A stretch of 54,845 nt of DNA from a bacterium (GCA_025774605.1 JALGVR010000007.1:1-54845), one strand, 5' to 3'. Shown: positions 28,665-37,705, counted from the stretch's first letter. A program made the numbers and translations. The notes: generated by a model not told the origin, from the sequence alone.

Positions 28665-28680
28665 CTCCTGTCAGAAACAA

Positions 28681-28704
28681 GGGCTCGATAAATCGGCCCC
28701 TACG
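28681..28704 (-). repeat. GTAG-type REP-like palindrome
   Basis: Reverse complement reads CGTAGGGGCCGATTTATCGAGCCC; a related degenerate hairpin is at 27394-27416. Confidence 0.55.
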
Positions 28705-28732
28705 CGATGTTATTGAATACTATGAACAAAGA

Positions 28733-30157
28733 TCAAAAACCGGCGCCTGACAACCTCAACTGTTCCGCAATCCTCCCTCCAGCCTTGCCATCAAGAGGCC
28801 CGCAATCTGACTCACGGGCTCGCCTGCGCCCCTCGGCGTCAAGCTCGGGTTGCTCCAGGTATTGATTAATCAGTTCGATGCACTGTTCGGGGTCGCGAGC
28901 CAGGCGGGAAGTGCCGTAATCCATCATCTGTTTCACGTCGGATCGGGTATAGAAGCGACGCACGGAACACCCCGGGTTCGTATCCGCCGGAATATCGTAA
29001 TAAACATTCACCGTCGGTTTGTCGAGGATCGCCGAGTCGATGGTCATCGTGCCGCAGACGTTGACCTGCACGTCCTGGTAGGCAAGCGTCGCCAGGTGCA
29101 GCGGTTCGTCCTCCAGGATCAACCTGACCACCTGCGCCTCGTGCTCAGGGCTCTGATATTTGAAGCCGACTGGTTTGGGGAAGGCTTTGGCTTCGGGATA
29201 TTCCCGGTGCAACAGTCTCAGATCAGAGCCGAACATGCGCGGATGTCCCCTGACCAGCAACTGGGCGCCGCGGGCGAACCTGCCGTGATGCGCCGCATCG
29301 GCAAGATGCTGTGTAATGTTTATCTCGTGATCAATCAGCCCGGGAGTGGCGGTTGTGTAAACGATCAAGGGTCGAGTCGAGTCCAATTCCATCCTTTCGA
29401 AGAACTCGCGGCGATCAAGACGGTATCGGGGATCAAGATGATGATCGAACTGCGGGGAGCCGGTAACGATCACGCTGTCCGGATTGACCTCGGGATACAT
29501 CTTGAGAAAGAAACTCCGGGTTACGTCAGACCAGACCAGATACCGGTCCGCAAGCGGAAGATGAAGTATTTTCGATGAGAGGTTGTCGCGTGACCTGATC
29601 ATCACCATGGTTGGAACGCCCTCAGTGCGCGCCGCCTCCAACAGCAGCATTTCGCGCAGCCCCTCGGGTGAAAACCCCGCCACAATCCGCGCATCAAGTT
29701 GCTTGAAAAGACGGCGGTATTCGTCGGCGGCACTCAGCGATCCGAGTTGTCCGGCGACCTTCCTTCGCCAGCGAATCGCCTGACCGATGGCGCCAGCCAG
29801 CCAGCCTGAAGCGAATTCGGCGAGGCGCTTCGCCAGGCTCACAGCGAGCCGCGTCCGGGACCGGTCGGCATAGGCTCGACGCGATGTGGCGATCATCTTG
29901 TTCCACCGTGTAACCGGGTCGTAAAACGTCTTGCGGGCAAGGTTGGCGCGGTCGGCAAGGGCATGCAGAGCCGGCTCGGTCTCAATACGGAAGTCCTGCA
30001 ACGGCTCTATCCTGACATTCCCGGGAGCCGCGAGACGACTGCCTTCCAGTTGGTTCGGATCGACAAGCACGACCAGGTTGTCCAGATGTCGACCAAGGTC
30101 CCCGTTCCGCACGTTACGCAGGGCAAGAAAGCTGTCGCAGCCGATGATCACCGACAC
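28733..30157 (-). CDS. GT-B fold transferase (CDP-glycerol glycerophosphotransferase-like; candidate CMP-ulosonate transferase)
   Basis: Start moved to GTG 30157 behind GGGGAG; VTGSPQFD, LLVRGHP, GTMTIDSAILDKPTV. Confidence 0.7.
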   Translation of the reverse strand: MSVIIGCDSFLALRNVRNGDLGRHLDNLVVLVDPNQLEGSRLAAPGNVRIEPLQDFRIETEPALHALADRANLARKTFYDPVTRWNKMIATSRRAYADRSRTRLAVSLAKRLAEFASGWLAGAIGQAIRWRRKVAGQLGSLSAADEYRRLFKQLDARIVAGFSPEGLREMLLLEAARTEGVPTMVMIRSRDNLSSKILHLPLADRYLVWSDVTRSFFLKMYPEVNPDSVIVTGSPQFDHHLDPRYRLDRREFFERMELDSTRPLIVYTTATPGLIDHEINITQHLADAAHHGRFARGAQLLVRGHPRMFGSDLRLLHREYPEAKAFPKPVGFKYQSPEHEAQVVRLILEDEPLHLATLAYQDVQVNVCGTMTIDSAILDKPTVNVYYDIPADTNPGCSVRRFYTRSDVKQMMDYGTSRLARDPEQCIELINQYLEQPELDAEGRRRARESDCGPLDGKAGGRIAEQLRLSGAGF

Positions 30158-30173
30158 GGCTGAACTCCCCGCG

Positions 30174-31244
30174 TCATCCCTCTTGATCGAGAATGGCCGA
30201 TTCGACGAGCTCACAGACCGCATGCCAGGCGAGGATATGGAGCTCCTGGATGCGGGGTGTGGATTGCGAAGGCGCCTGGAAGCAAATATCGCAGAGCTTT
30301 TTGATCTTCGCGGGTTTGGCTCCGGTAAACCCGATGGTCGTCGCGCCGATTTCCCGCGCGGCTTCGAGACCCTTCAATACATTGGGTGAATTACCGCTGG
30401 TGCTGATCCCGGCAACGAGATCACCGCTCTTTCCCAGAGCCCGAACCTGCCTGGAGAATATCCGGCTGTAATCCCAGTCGTTTCCGACGCAGGTGAGGAC
30501 AGAACTGTCGGTCGTCAACGCGATCGCCGCCCAGGGCGGGCTCTCCTTGAGGAAGCGTCCGACCAGCTCACCGGCGATGTGCTGCGCGTCCGCGGCGCTG
30601 CCGCCGTTGCCGAACAACAGCATTTTATGTCCACTGCGGATAGTTCCGATCATTGCCTGAGCCACTTCGGCGAGTACTTCAAGGTGTCTCTCATTCAGGG
30701 AGCGATGGGCGATGATGCTGTCTTCAACTATCGAGGCGATGCCGTCGACGAGAGGTTTACGGTTTTCCGCCATATCGCGCATTATTATGACCAGGTTCAC
30801 AGCTTCAGCCACCGCGCCTCCACCGCCGGGATTGGATAGCACACGATCTGCGGCGGCTTTGGCCGCCGTGGAAGCATCGGAGGGAGCCAAACCAAGTCCG
30901 GCGATCTCGAGAGCGGCTGCATCCCGATCGCCGTCACCGATGTAGCAGATCGACGCGAGATCGACACCCAAATCTCCGGCGAGCTTATTCAGTCCGGCAT
31001 CCTTGTCCTTCATGCCGCGCACGACATGCTTGACCTCAAATCGATCAGAAATCCGGTCGACCGCGGCTGTTGATTCGGCGGTGAGGAAGGCGACCTTGAG
31101 ACCTTCCCGCCGCGCCCTGAAAATCGCGTCCAGATCGCGAAAGAAAACCTGCTTGGCTTCGGTTTTACCATCGACAAGCAGGGCTCTGCCATCGGTAAGC
31201 ACGCCGTCGATGTCGCAGACTATGGCTTTGATAAACCCGCGCAT
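30174..31244 (-). CDS. gmhA: Fusion of a KdsC-like HAD phosphatase (N) and a GmhA-type SIS phosphosugar isomerase (C)
   Basis: Start moved to ATG 31244 behind GAGGGGGTG; CDIDGVLTDG, YIGDGDRD, SNPGGGGAVAE; FGNGGSAADAQHIAGELVGRF, GISTSGNS, TPRIQELH. Confidence 0.9.
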   Translation of the reverse strand: MRGFIKAIVCDIDGVLTDGRALLVDGKTEAKQVFFRDLDAIFRARREGLKVAFLTAESTAAVDRISDRFEVKHVVRGMKDKDAGLNKLAGDLGVDLASICYIGDGDRDAAALEIAGLGLAPSDASTAAKAAADRVLSNPGGGGAVAEAVNLVIIMRDMAENRKPLVDGIASIVEDSIIAHRSLNERHLEVLAEVAQAMIGTIRSGHKMLLFGNGGSAADAQHIAGELVGRFLKESPPWAAIALTTDSSVLTCVGNDWDYSRIFSRQVRALGKSGDLVAGISTSGNSPNVLKGLEAAREIGATTIGFTGAKPAKIKKLCDICFQAPSQSTPRIQELHILAWHAVCELVESAILDQEG

Positions 31245-31299
31245 CACCCCCTCTGATTTTATGGGTTGCATAAGAATTTTACTGTTCACACGACTTTGT

Positions 31300-32304
31300 T
31301 TATCCAGCAATATTATAGCCAAATGAATACCGGAGGTGCTTCTTGATAAAGGTTAACAGCATTGCTTGCTCATCAGCGGTAAGTTCATCCAACTGGTTAA
31401 TTTTACCGGAACGCCCCATTTTAACATATCTTATATCGTCAATCCCTTTTCTCTTCATTTCATATTCCCGCTCTCGTTCAATCGACGTAAGCTTAATGGA
31501 GTATTCAACAAGAGGCGTTGGAATATCATCAATCCCAAGAAATCCAGTAAATTTCATAAACGTCTCCAAAGGTTCATTAATCAACTCTTCGTATCTGATT
31601 ATTAAATAGTCGTGAAACTTACCACTCTCTAAAGCATAACCCCAGGAGTTCAGAAATTTCATCATATTCAGAGGTGGAGCAAGATTCAAATATGATTCAA
31701 AATCATGATTCTCGAAGAACTTACCGAAATAATACTTCGAGATTAAGATGTCACAGGGATTCCTGATCTGTAAGACAAGTCTGCGATGGTTTGTCCAGGG
31801 GAGACAGCTGTTGTGACTATGCATCAATCTTGGAACGGGTACATGATATCTGAACCTGTTCTCTCCAAAGGTTGTGTTGTATTGACCGGTCACCGGTTCA
31901 TAGAAAAGCCTCCGGTGGTCATCCAGAATATCCAGGTTCAATTCCAGATCATAGAATTGTTTTGCCATAACTACTGTATATACATGTGATAACCACGTGA
32001 AACCCGATCGTTGTACCGTGAACCATAGAACATCGTTCTGGCGCGGATACCAATGCCACATGGTCCTGGCGGTTCTTGCCAACGCCTTAAATATATCTCT
32101 CTTGCGGTAATCATCATACCTGGTGCCCAGCAGAGATTTTATGTATCTCTTTAACGGCGCAATCGCCAGATGCCAAGGGTAGTTACGCATCAGGAATACT
32201 CTGATCGGAGATACCGGACGATGGTAATGCGTCAACCGACCCTCTGCGGACTTCCTCTGTTCAGCAATCGAGGGTTGATACAGCAGCTCGCGCTGATTTA
32301 CCAC
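31300..32304 (-). CDS. Sulfotransferase domain protein
   Basis: 5'-PSB-like TVQRSGFTWL, 3'-PB-like RNPCDILIS, and YEEL; AT-richer than its neighbours. Confidence 0.8.
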   Translation of the reverse strand: MVNQRELLYQPSIAEQRKSAEGRLTHYHRPVSPIRVFLMRNYPWHLAIAPLKRYIKSLLGTRYDDYRKRDIFKALARTARTMWHWYPRQNDVLWFTVQRSGFTWLSHVYTVVMAKQFYDLELNLDILDDHRRLFYEPVTGQYNTTFGENRFRYHVPVPRLMHSHNSCLPWTNHRRLVLQIRNPCDILISKYYFGKFFENHDFESYLNLAPPLNMMKFLNSWGYALESGKFHDYLIIRYEELINEPLETFMKFTGFLGIDDIPTPLVEYSIKLTSIEREREYEMKRKGIDDIRYVKMGRSGKINQLDELTADEQAMLLTFIKKHLRYSFGYNIAG

Positions 32305-33134
32305 GCCGTCCTGCCTCCGTCAACATGAACGTTTGCACCCGTCATATAGGACGACGCATCCGAAACCAGGAACACGACAACGGCTTTGTATTCATCCGGC
32401 TGCGCCATCCTGCCGAGCGGGATCAGCTGTGTGAGTCGCTCGACGAAGTCCGGTGGCTGCCGGTTGTAGACTCCTCCCGGCGAAATTGCATTGACACGCA
32501 CACCCTTGTCAGCCCAGTAAGTCGCCAGGTATTTCGTCAGCCCCACCAGACCGGCTTTCACAATTGAATAGGTGACCGGTTTGACCGGCTGTTGATCATC
32601 CGGAATGCCCGGTTTGCGGTAGATACGCTGGTCGGGCCCGATCACGCTCAGATCAGAAGCAACGTTCAGGATTACCCCCCTGCCCGCGCGCGCCATCTCA
32701 GCGCCGAACAGCCGGCTGCAGTGAAAAGCGCCGGTCAGTCCCACCGCAATATCCTTCTCCCAGACATCAAGCGGAAAGTTTTCGAAGCGCGTCCATTGCT
32801 GTCCGGATCCGTTTTCCGCCTTGGGATTGTTGGCGGCGTTGTTGATCAGAATGTCGATCCCGCCGAATTCGTCGATGATTCTGTCGCGGGCTCTTTCGAC
32901 CTGAGCCGGGTTGGTGATGTCCGCTCCCATACCGAGCGCCTTAACGCCGTATTGCAGCGATACCGTCTTCGCCGCCTCCCGAGCCCTCTCCCCGTACAGG
33001 TCGAGCAGCACCGGCGAAGCGCCCTGCTCGGCAACGGCTTCAGCGTGCTTGACACCCAGCAGCCCCGCGCCGCCGGTGATCACCGCGACCCGGCCGGTAA
33101 GATCGAAAGCCTTCCTGACGTCATCAAGGCTCAC
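32298..33134 (-). CDS. SDR oxidoreductase (PtmA/ElaC-like)
   Basis: TGGAGLLG, NNAA, YSIVK, RVNAISPGG, DGGRTAW. Confidence 0.88.
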   Translation of the reverse strand: MSLDDVRKAFDLTGRVAVITGGAGLLGVKHAEAVAEQGASPVLLDLYGERAREAAKTVSLQYGVKALGMGADITNPAQVERARDRIIDEFGGIDILINNAANNPKAENGSGQQWTRFENFPLDVWEKDIAVGLTGAFHCSRLFGAEMARAGRGVILNVASDLSVIGPDQRIYRKPGIPDDQQPVKPVTYSIVKAGLVGLTKYLATYWADKGVRVNAISPGGVYNRQPPDFVERLTQLIPLGRMAQPDEYKAVVVFLVSDASSYMTGANVHVDGGRTAW

Positions 33135-34003
33135 ATGCCGACCCGGCGGAGTTTTTTCATTATGGGGATCTCCTCATCGTAGACCCGTTTCACGCCGTCG
33201 CCCAATGCCTTTTCCACGGCTCTAACGTCCTTGATCAGACGGCTGAATCCGTGAGGCTCGACCGACGCCGCCTGGTCGCTGCCCCACATCGCCCGGTCGA
33301 GCGTGATATGCCGCTCGATCACACAGGCGCCCAGAACCGCGGCGGCAACTGAAGTCGCGAGTCCGACCTCGTGACCGGAATACCCGACCGGCATATCGTA
33401 TCGGGCACGCAGCGATTCTATCACCCGCAGGTTCAGGTTCTCAACCTTCGAAGGGTACGTACTGTTGGTGTGCAGCAGTATCGTCCTGTCCGTACCGAGT
33501 ATCTCGAGCGCGTGATCTATCTGTTCGAGCGTGCTCATCCCCGACGAGATGATAATGGGACGCCCCTTCGCGACGTGATGCTTCAACAGGTCGTCGTCGG
33601 TCAGCGAAGCCGAAGCGATCTTGTAGCAGGGCGGGTTGAACTGCTCGATGAAATCCACCGAAGCCTCGTCCCAACAGGAGGCGAACCATTCGATTTTCTT
33701 CTCCCTGCAGTAACGATCGATCTCGGCGTATTCCTCCCGGCCGAATTCCAGACCGCGCTTCAGGTCGCCGTTGGTCGGACCGAACGGATTTTCCCGCGGC
33801 CTGGCGAGTTCTTCCGGGCTGTAAACAACCTCAACCGTCCGTTTCTGGAACTTGACCGCGTTGCTGCCGGCAAGGGCCGCCGCATCGATCAGCTTCTTGG
33901 CGATCCCCATGTCTCCGTTGTGATTGATGCCTATCTCGGCGACGAAATATACGGGTTGACCATCACCGACGAGTGAATCGCCTATCTTTATGGTTCCATT
34001 CAT
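33131..34003 (-). CDS. neuB: NeuB-family PEP-dependent ulosonate synthase, short form without C-terminal SAF domain
   Basis: AEIGINHNGD, AVKFQKR, KIASA, GYSGHE, IERHITLDR; ends at 290 aa. Confidence 0.9.
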   Translation of the reverse strand: MNGTIKIGDSLVGDGQPVYFVAEIGINHNGDMGIAKKLIDAAALAGSNAVKFQKRTVEVVYSPEELARPRENPFGPTNGDLKRGLEFGREEYAEIDRYCREKKIEWFASCWDEASVDFIEQFNPPCYKIASASLTDDDLLKHHVAKGRPIIISSGMSTLEQIDHALEILGTDRTILLHTNSTYPSKVENLNLRVIESLRARYDMPVGYSGHEVGLATSVAAAVLGACVIERHITLDRAMWGSDQAASVEPHGFSRLIKDVRAVEKALGDGVKRVYDEEIPIMKKLRRVGM

Positions 34004-34086
34004 CTGGTAAACCTTGTCTGTTTGTAAATCGAAAATAAACGGTTTAGTTACCTAATTAATGAGTGCGGTTTATACCTGGGTGCAGC

Positions 34087-34182
34087 TTGGAGGGCGGACA
34101 TTCCTGTCCGCCTTGAAACCCATGCCATACAATCACTTGGACGGACTGGAATGTCCACCTTGAAACCGGCGCCACACAACCA
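34087..34182. repeat. REP-like pair of the GGAGGGCGGACATTCCTGTCCGCC family
   Basis: Matches the reverse complement of about 4086-4138 including the linker (TGAAACC...ATACAA). Confidence 0.75.
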
Positions 34183-34203
34183 GGCTCATGCGCCCTTCCC
34201 CAT

Positions 34204-34959
34204 TCACACCGGATGCCTGCCGCTTCTGTCCAGCCTCTCCAGGGTTCCCGCCTGCAGCCTCTTCAGCGCGGCTTCGCACGGCGGTATGTTCTCCGGGTAG
34301 TCCAGCTCGAACATGTGCTCCTCCACGATCAACGGGAGCACAACCTCCCCCCACATCGAGTTCTTCTCCATCACGGCGCGCGGCCTGATAACGTCTACAT
34401 AGCCGTTCTGCCAGTAGACAATCGGCAACCGCTGACGCGGGATCGACTGGCAGTCTTTGACGCCTTCAAGCCTGAGCAGCGGTTTCAGGGTGCCGTCCGC
34501 ATCGATCCGCCACATCTTGTAGGGCGTCTGCTCGGCAAGCGTAACGCTGCGCACCGCATCGGCTTCGGGATGGTGAGCCAATAGATCGACGGCATCGTCG
34601 ATAAGCTCGATCCGGCGCACCGGATTGGTCGGTCGCAAATGGACGACCATATCGGGCAGGCTTTCCCCGTTCTCCCTGATCCAGTTGAAGTAGTGGCGAA
34701 AGACGTCTATATCGGGGGAACCGTCCCGGGCGAATTCGTCCGGCCGCAGGAACGGCGCTTCAGCGCCGTATTGCCTGGATACTTCGGCGATCTCCGGGTC
34801 GTCCGTCGATACGATCACGCGGTCGATCCTGCTTGAATCGAGAGCGTGCTTGATGGTGTAGCTGATAAGCGGTTTCCCCAGTAACTGCAACAGGTTCTTC
34901 CGGGGTATCCCTTTCGATCCGCCGCGCGCCGGAATCAAGGCCGTAACGATGTCAGGCAT
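34204..34959 (-). CDS. neuA: Acylneuraminate cytidylyltransferase (second NeuA-family enzyme)
   Basis: Start moved to ATG 34959; ALIPARGGSKGIPRKN, VSTDD, LRPTNPVR, YWQNG. Confidence 0.9.
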   Translation of the reverse strand: MPDIVTALIPARGGSKGIPRKNLLQLLGKPLISYTIKHALDSSRIDRVIVSTDDPEIAEVSRQYGAEAPFLRPDEFARDGSPDIDVFRHYFNWIRENGESLPDMVVHLRPTNPVRRIELIDDAVDLLAHHPEADAVRSVTLAEQTPYKMWRIDADGTLKPLLRLEGVKDCQSIPRQRLPIVYWQNGYVDVIRPRAVMEKNSMWGEVVLPLIVEEHMFELDYPENIPPCEAALKRLQAGTLERLDRSGRHPV

Positions 34960-36028
34960 CGGTAATCCCCGTTGCTTCACCGCTGTTCAGCGAGGCGTGA
35001 GCGGCAAGTGATATCAGGACGCTGCGGCGACCCTCATGAAGATCTATCAACGGTTCAGCATTCCCGGCGATGCAATCGAGGAAATGATTGAGCTCGTCGA
35101 TGAACATCTGGTTGCGCTGAAACTGATGGAAGGTTGTGATCTCCGTCGTCCGCGCCTCTGTATCATATACGACGACTTCGTTCGCGTAGTAATCATAGCG
35201 CAACCTGCCGGCATCGCCGACGATCTCGCAGACACGCTGCGGAGGCCGCTGCAGGTAGTCGAGATGTATGTGCAACGGCAGCGGACGTCCTTCGAATTCG
35301 CAGTCGAGCAGGATGCTGACCGAATCTTCGACGTCCGTTTCCAGCCGGCTCAACTGACCACCAACCGCGTAAACACGGCGCGGCATGCCAAGCAGCCATA
35401 AGCCGAGATCGAGCTCATGGGTCTGGATGTTCAGGCAGCCGCCGCCAAGGTCTCTTCGAGCCGGATGAGTCTCGCGATAGTCCTCGTACGGGTGCCAGTC
35501 GGGGATGTATTCGCCGTTGACGATATGCGCCGCAATAACTCGACCGAGCCTGCCCGAATCAATGATCTCCTTAACCTTCTTCATGCCCGGGTGGAAGCGG
35601 AACTGATAAGCGACAAAGGCGGTCAGTTTCTTTCGTGCGACGGCTTCAATCAGTTCATCAATCCCTTCAACCGTCTCCGCCAGCGGCTTCTCGATGAACA
35701 GATGACAGCCGGCATCAGCCGCGGCGCGGGCTGCCGGCAGATGAAACGGGTTGGGGTTGGTGATGAAGGCAACGTCCGGCTTGTCGTTCAACGCCTCATC
35801 GAGCGAGCGGAACAGCTTCACGTTATATTTTTCAGCGAGGCTTGCGCCGGGAATAATCCCGCCCTGATCGTCAAGCACATAATCCAGGCCGCGCGCACGG
35901 TAAGCGATTATTTCAACATCCTCACCGAGCAGGAACCGCAGGTTTCGCAGATGACGCTGTCCGATCGAACCGAGTCCGCAAAACAGAGCCCTCCGAAACG
36001 GCAGATCCTTTTGATTACTTTCGATCAT
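34952..36028 (-). CDS. Gfo/Idh/MocA family oxidoreductase (PtmF/ElaA-like)
   Basis: GLGSIGQRH, FIEKPL, HELDL, GGGCL. Confidence 0.88.
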   Translation of the reverse strand: MIESNQKDLPFRRALFCGLGSIGQRHLRNLRFLLGEDVEIIAYRARGLDYVLDDQGGIIPGASLAEKYNVKLFRSLDEALNDKPDVAFITNPNPFHLPAARAAADAGCHLFIEKPLAETVEGIDELIEAVARKKLTAFVAYQFRFHPGMKKVKEIIDSGRLGRVIAAHIVNGEYIPDWHPYEDYRETHPARRDLGGGCLNIQTHELDLGLWLLGMPRRVYAVGGQLSRLETDVEDSVSILLDCEFEGRPLPLHIHLDYLQRPPQRVCEIVGDAGRLRYDYYANEVVVYDTEARTTEITTFHQFQRNQMFIDELNHFLDCIAGNAEPLIDLHEGRRSVLISLAAHASLNSGEATGITDA

Positions 36029-36068
36029 ATCACTTATAAAAATGCAGTTTCATCAATTTATCAATGGG

Positions 36069-36147
36069 GGCGTTTCAAATTGTATCGTCATCCTGATGAA
36101 AGGGGATGAGATTCATCACTTCGTTCAGAAGGACATTTGGAAACGCC
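36069..36147. repeat. Composite inverted repeat containing an internally deleted copy of the 27468-27537 REP pair
   Basis: Outer arms GGCGTTTCAAATTGT / ACATTTGGAAACGCC (13/15); inner sequence reverse-complements to GTCCTTCTGAACGAAGTGATGAATCTCATCCCCT...CAGGATGAC. Confidence 0.75.
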
Positions 36148-36198
36148 ACAGCAAGCCGCCCCCGTAATAACTGGTAATTAAGTAACTGAAAAACACCA

Positions 36199-36546
36199 CT
36201 AAAACTCGGGTTCATAAGCGGTATGCAGACCGATGAGTCGGTTCTCCCCGTCCGTCACCGGAAGCACTGTCACCATCTCCTTTTTGAGGATTGTCCTCCC
36301 CGTTTCGGGATCAGTTTCAAGGGTTGTTATACAATTGATGTTCATAATCGAACTTACGGGGGTGATTTTTATTGCATTCCGCAGAAACGCCCTCCGGACG
36401 TCACCGTCGCTGACCGTGCCAAGTACCCGATTATCTGAAACAACAATGACAACCCGATGCTTATTCCTATCGATCTTCTGCATTGCGGTATAAACTGTAT
36501 CGGTGGGATCGACAATGAAATCTTCGATGCTCTCTGTCAGATACAT
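36199..36546 (-). CDS. Stand-alone CBS-pair protein
   Basis: Two CBS-like repeats (VLGTVSDGDVRRA, VLPVTDGENRLIG) and no catalytic domain. Confidence 0.8.
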   Translation of the reverse strand: MYLTESIEDFIVDPTDTVYTAMQKIDRNKHRVVIVVSDNRVLGTVSDGDVRRAFLRNAIKITPVSSIMNINCITTLETDPETGRTILKKEMVTVLPVTDGENRLIGLHTAYEPEF

Positions 36547-36547
36547 G

Positions 36548-37705
36548 TTAGTATGTTAATCCTTTCTTTATCAGTTTATCATCAATTGGAATTTCCTTCA
36601 GCACCCGCACAATTCTCTCCGACACTTTTCCATCACCCATGTACGGGTGTCGCGATTCCCTCACAAGCGTGAGAAATTCGGGCTTCAACGCGCGTTCTAT
36701 GGCTTCCCGGATCCTTTCACGTTCGGCGGGGACGTTAATCACGTTGGCGCCGTGGGCTCTTCCGCGTTGACGTTCACCGATATTTACAACAGGGAGGTTG
36801 AATGTGGGCGCCTCGATAAGCCCGCTGCTGCTGTTGCCAACCAGCACATCGGCAACATTCATCAATCCCAGATACCTGCCGCGCGGCAGGTTTCTGAATA
36901 TCTTGATGAACGGGCGTTTATTGGCTTCGATCCAGAGCCTGATGGTTTCGTTGTAGGCATCGTTGTTCGGGAATACAATCACCGTCTGATATTCGAATCC
37001 AAGTATCGCATTATATGTCTCCTGTATCTGTTCCAGACTTTTGTCGTATTCTTCGGATGTCGGATGCTGAACCATCAGGATCATCGGCGACGCCAGATCG
37101 ATCCCTATCTCCTTTTCAATCAATTCCGGGGGATCGTAGCTTCCCCTCACAAGCTCGTCAAGTTGCGGCGCCCCGGTCTTATGGATTCTGAATCCCTGTT
37201 CACCGCTTTTAATCAGTCTTTGCGCGGCGTCTTCATTTGATGCAAAATGAATGTGACTGAAGCGTGCGATCGCATGACGGCTCTGTCCATCGATGTGTCC
37301 GGAAACTTCGCCCGCCTGAATATGCGCAATCGGAATATTCATATGCGCCGCGGCGATCGCCGCCATCAGCTGTTCGCCCCGGTCGCCCGCCAGCAGTAAA
37401 ATATCAGGGGACAAACGGGAGAGCACATCCACAAAAGACCACAGAAAACCGGCAAGCGATTTGGTCATTGTTGCCGGCGTGTAACCGTCCAAAGCCATAT
37501 ATATGCGATCCGATATTGCGAAGCCGTCCTCCTCAATTTCCCTGACACTCAAGCCGAAACTCGGTAAGAGATGCATATTCGTAACTACGAGCCTGTAATC
37601 CAGGTCGGGGTCTTTTTCAATCAGGCGAAGAATCGGTCGGATATATCCGTATTCACCCCTCGAACCGGTGATCAATCCAATACATCTCAAGCCAGATCCT
37701 CCCAT
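36548..37705 (-). CDS. neuC: UDP/GDP-GlcNAc 2-epimerase, hydrolysing (NeuC/LegG family)
   Basis: TGSRGEYG, GDRGE, HIQAGEVSG, GNSSSG, GERQRGR, YMGDG. Confidence 0.93.
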   Translation of the reverse strand: MGGSGLRCIGLITGSRGEYGYIRPILRLIEKDPDLDYRLVVTNMHLLPSFGLSVREIEEDGFAISDRIYMALDGYTPATMTKSLAGFLWSFVDVLSRLSPDILLLAGDRGEQLMAAIAAAHMNIPIAHIQAGEVSGHIDGQSRHAIARFSHIHFASNEDAAQRLIKSGEQGFRIHKTGAPQLDELVRGSYDPPELIEKEIGIDLASPMILMVQHPTSEEYDKSLEQIQETYNAILGFEYQTVIVFPNNDAYNETIRLWIEANKRPFIKIFRNLPRGRYLGLMNVADVLVGNSSSGLIEAPTFNLPVVNIGERQRGRAHGANVINVPAERERIREAIERALKPEFLTLVRESRHPYMGDGKVSERIVRVLKEIPIDDKLIKKGLTY

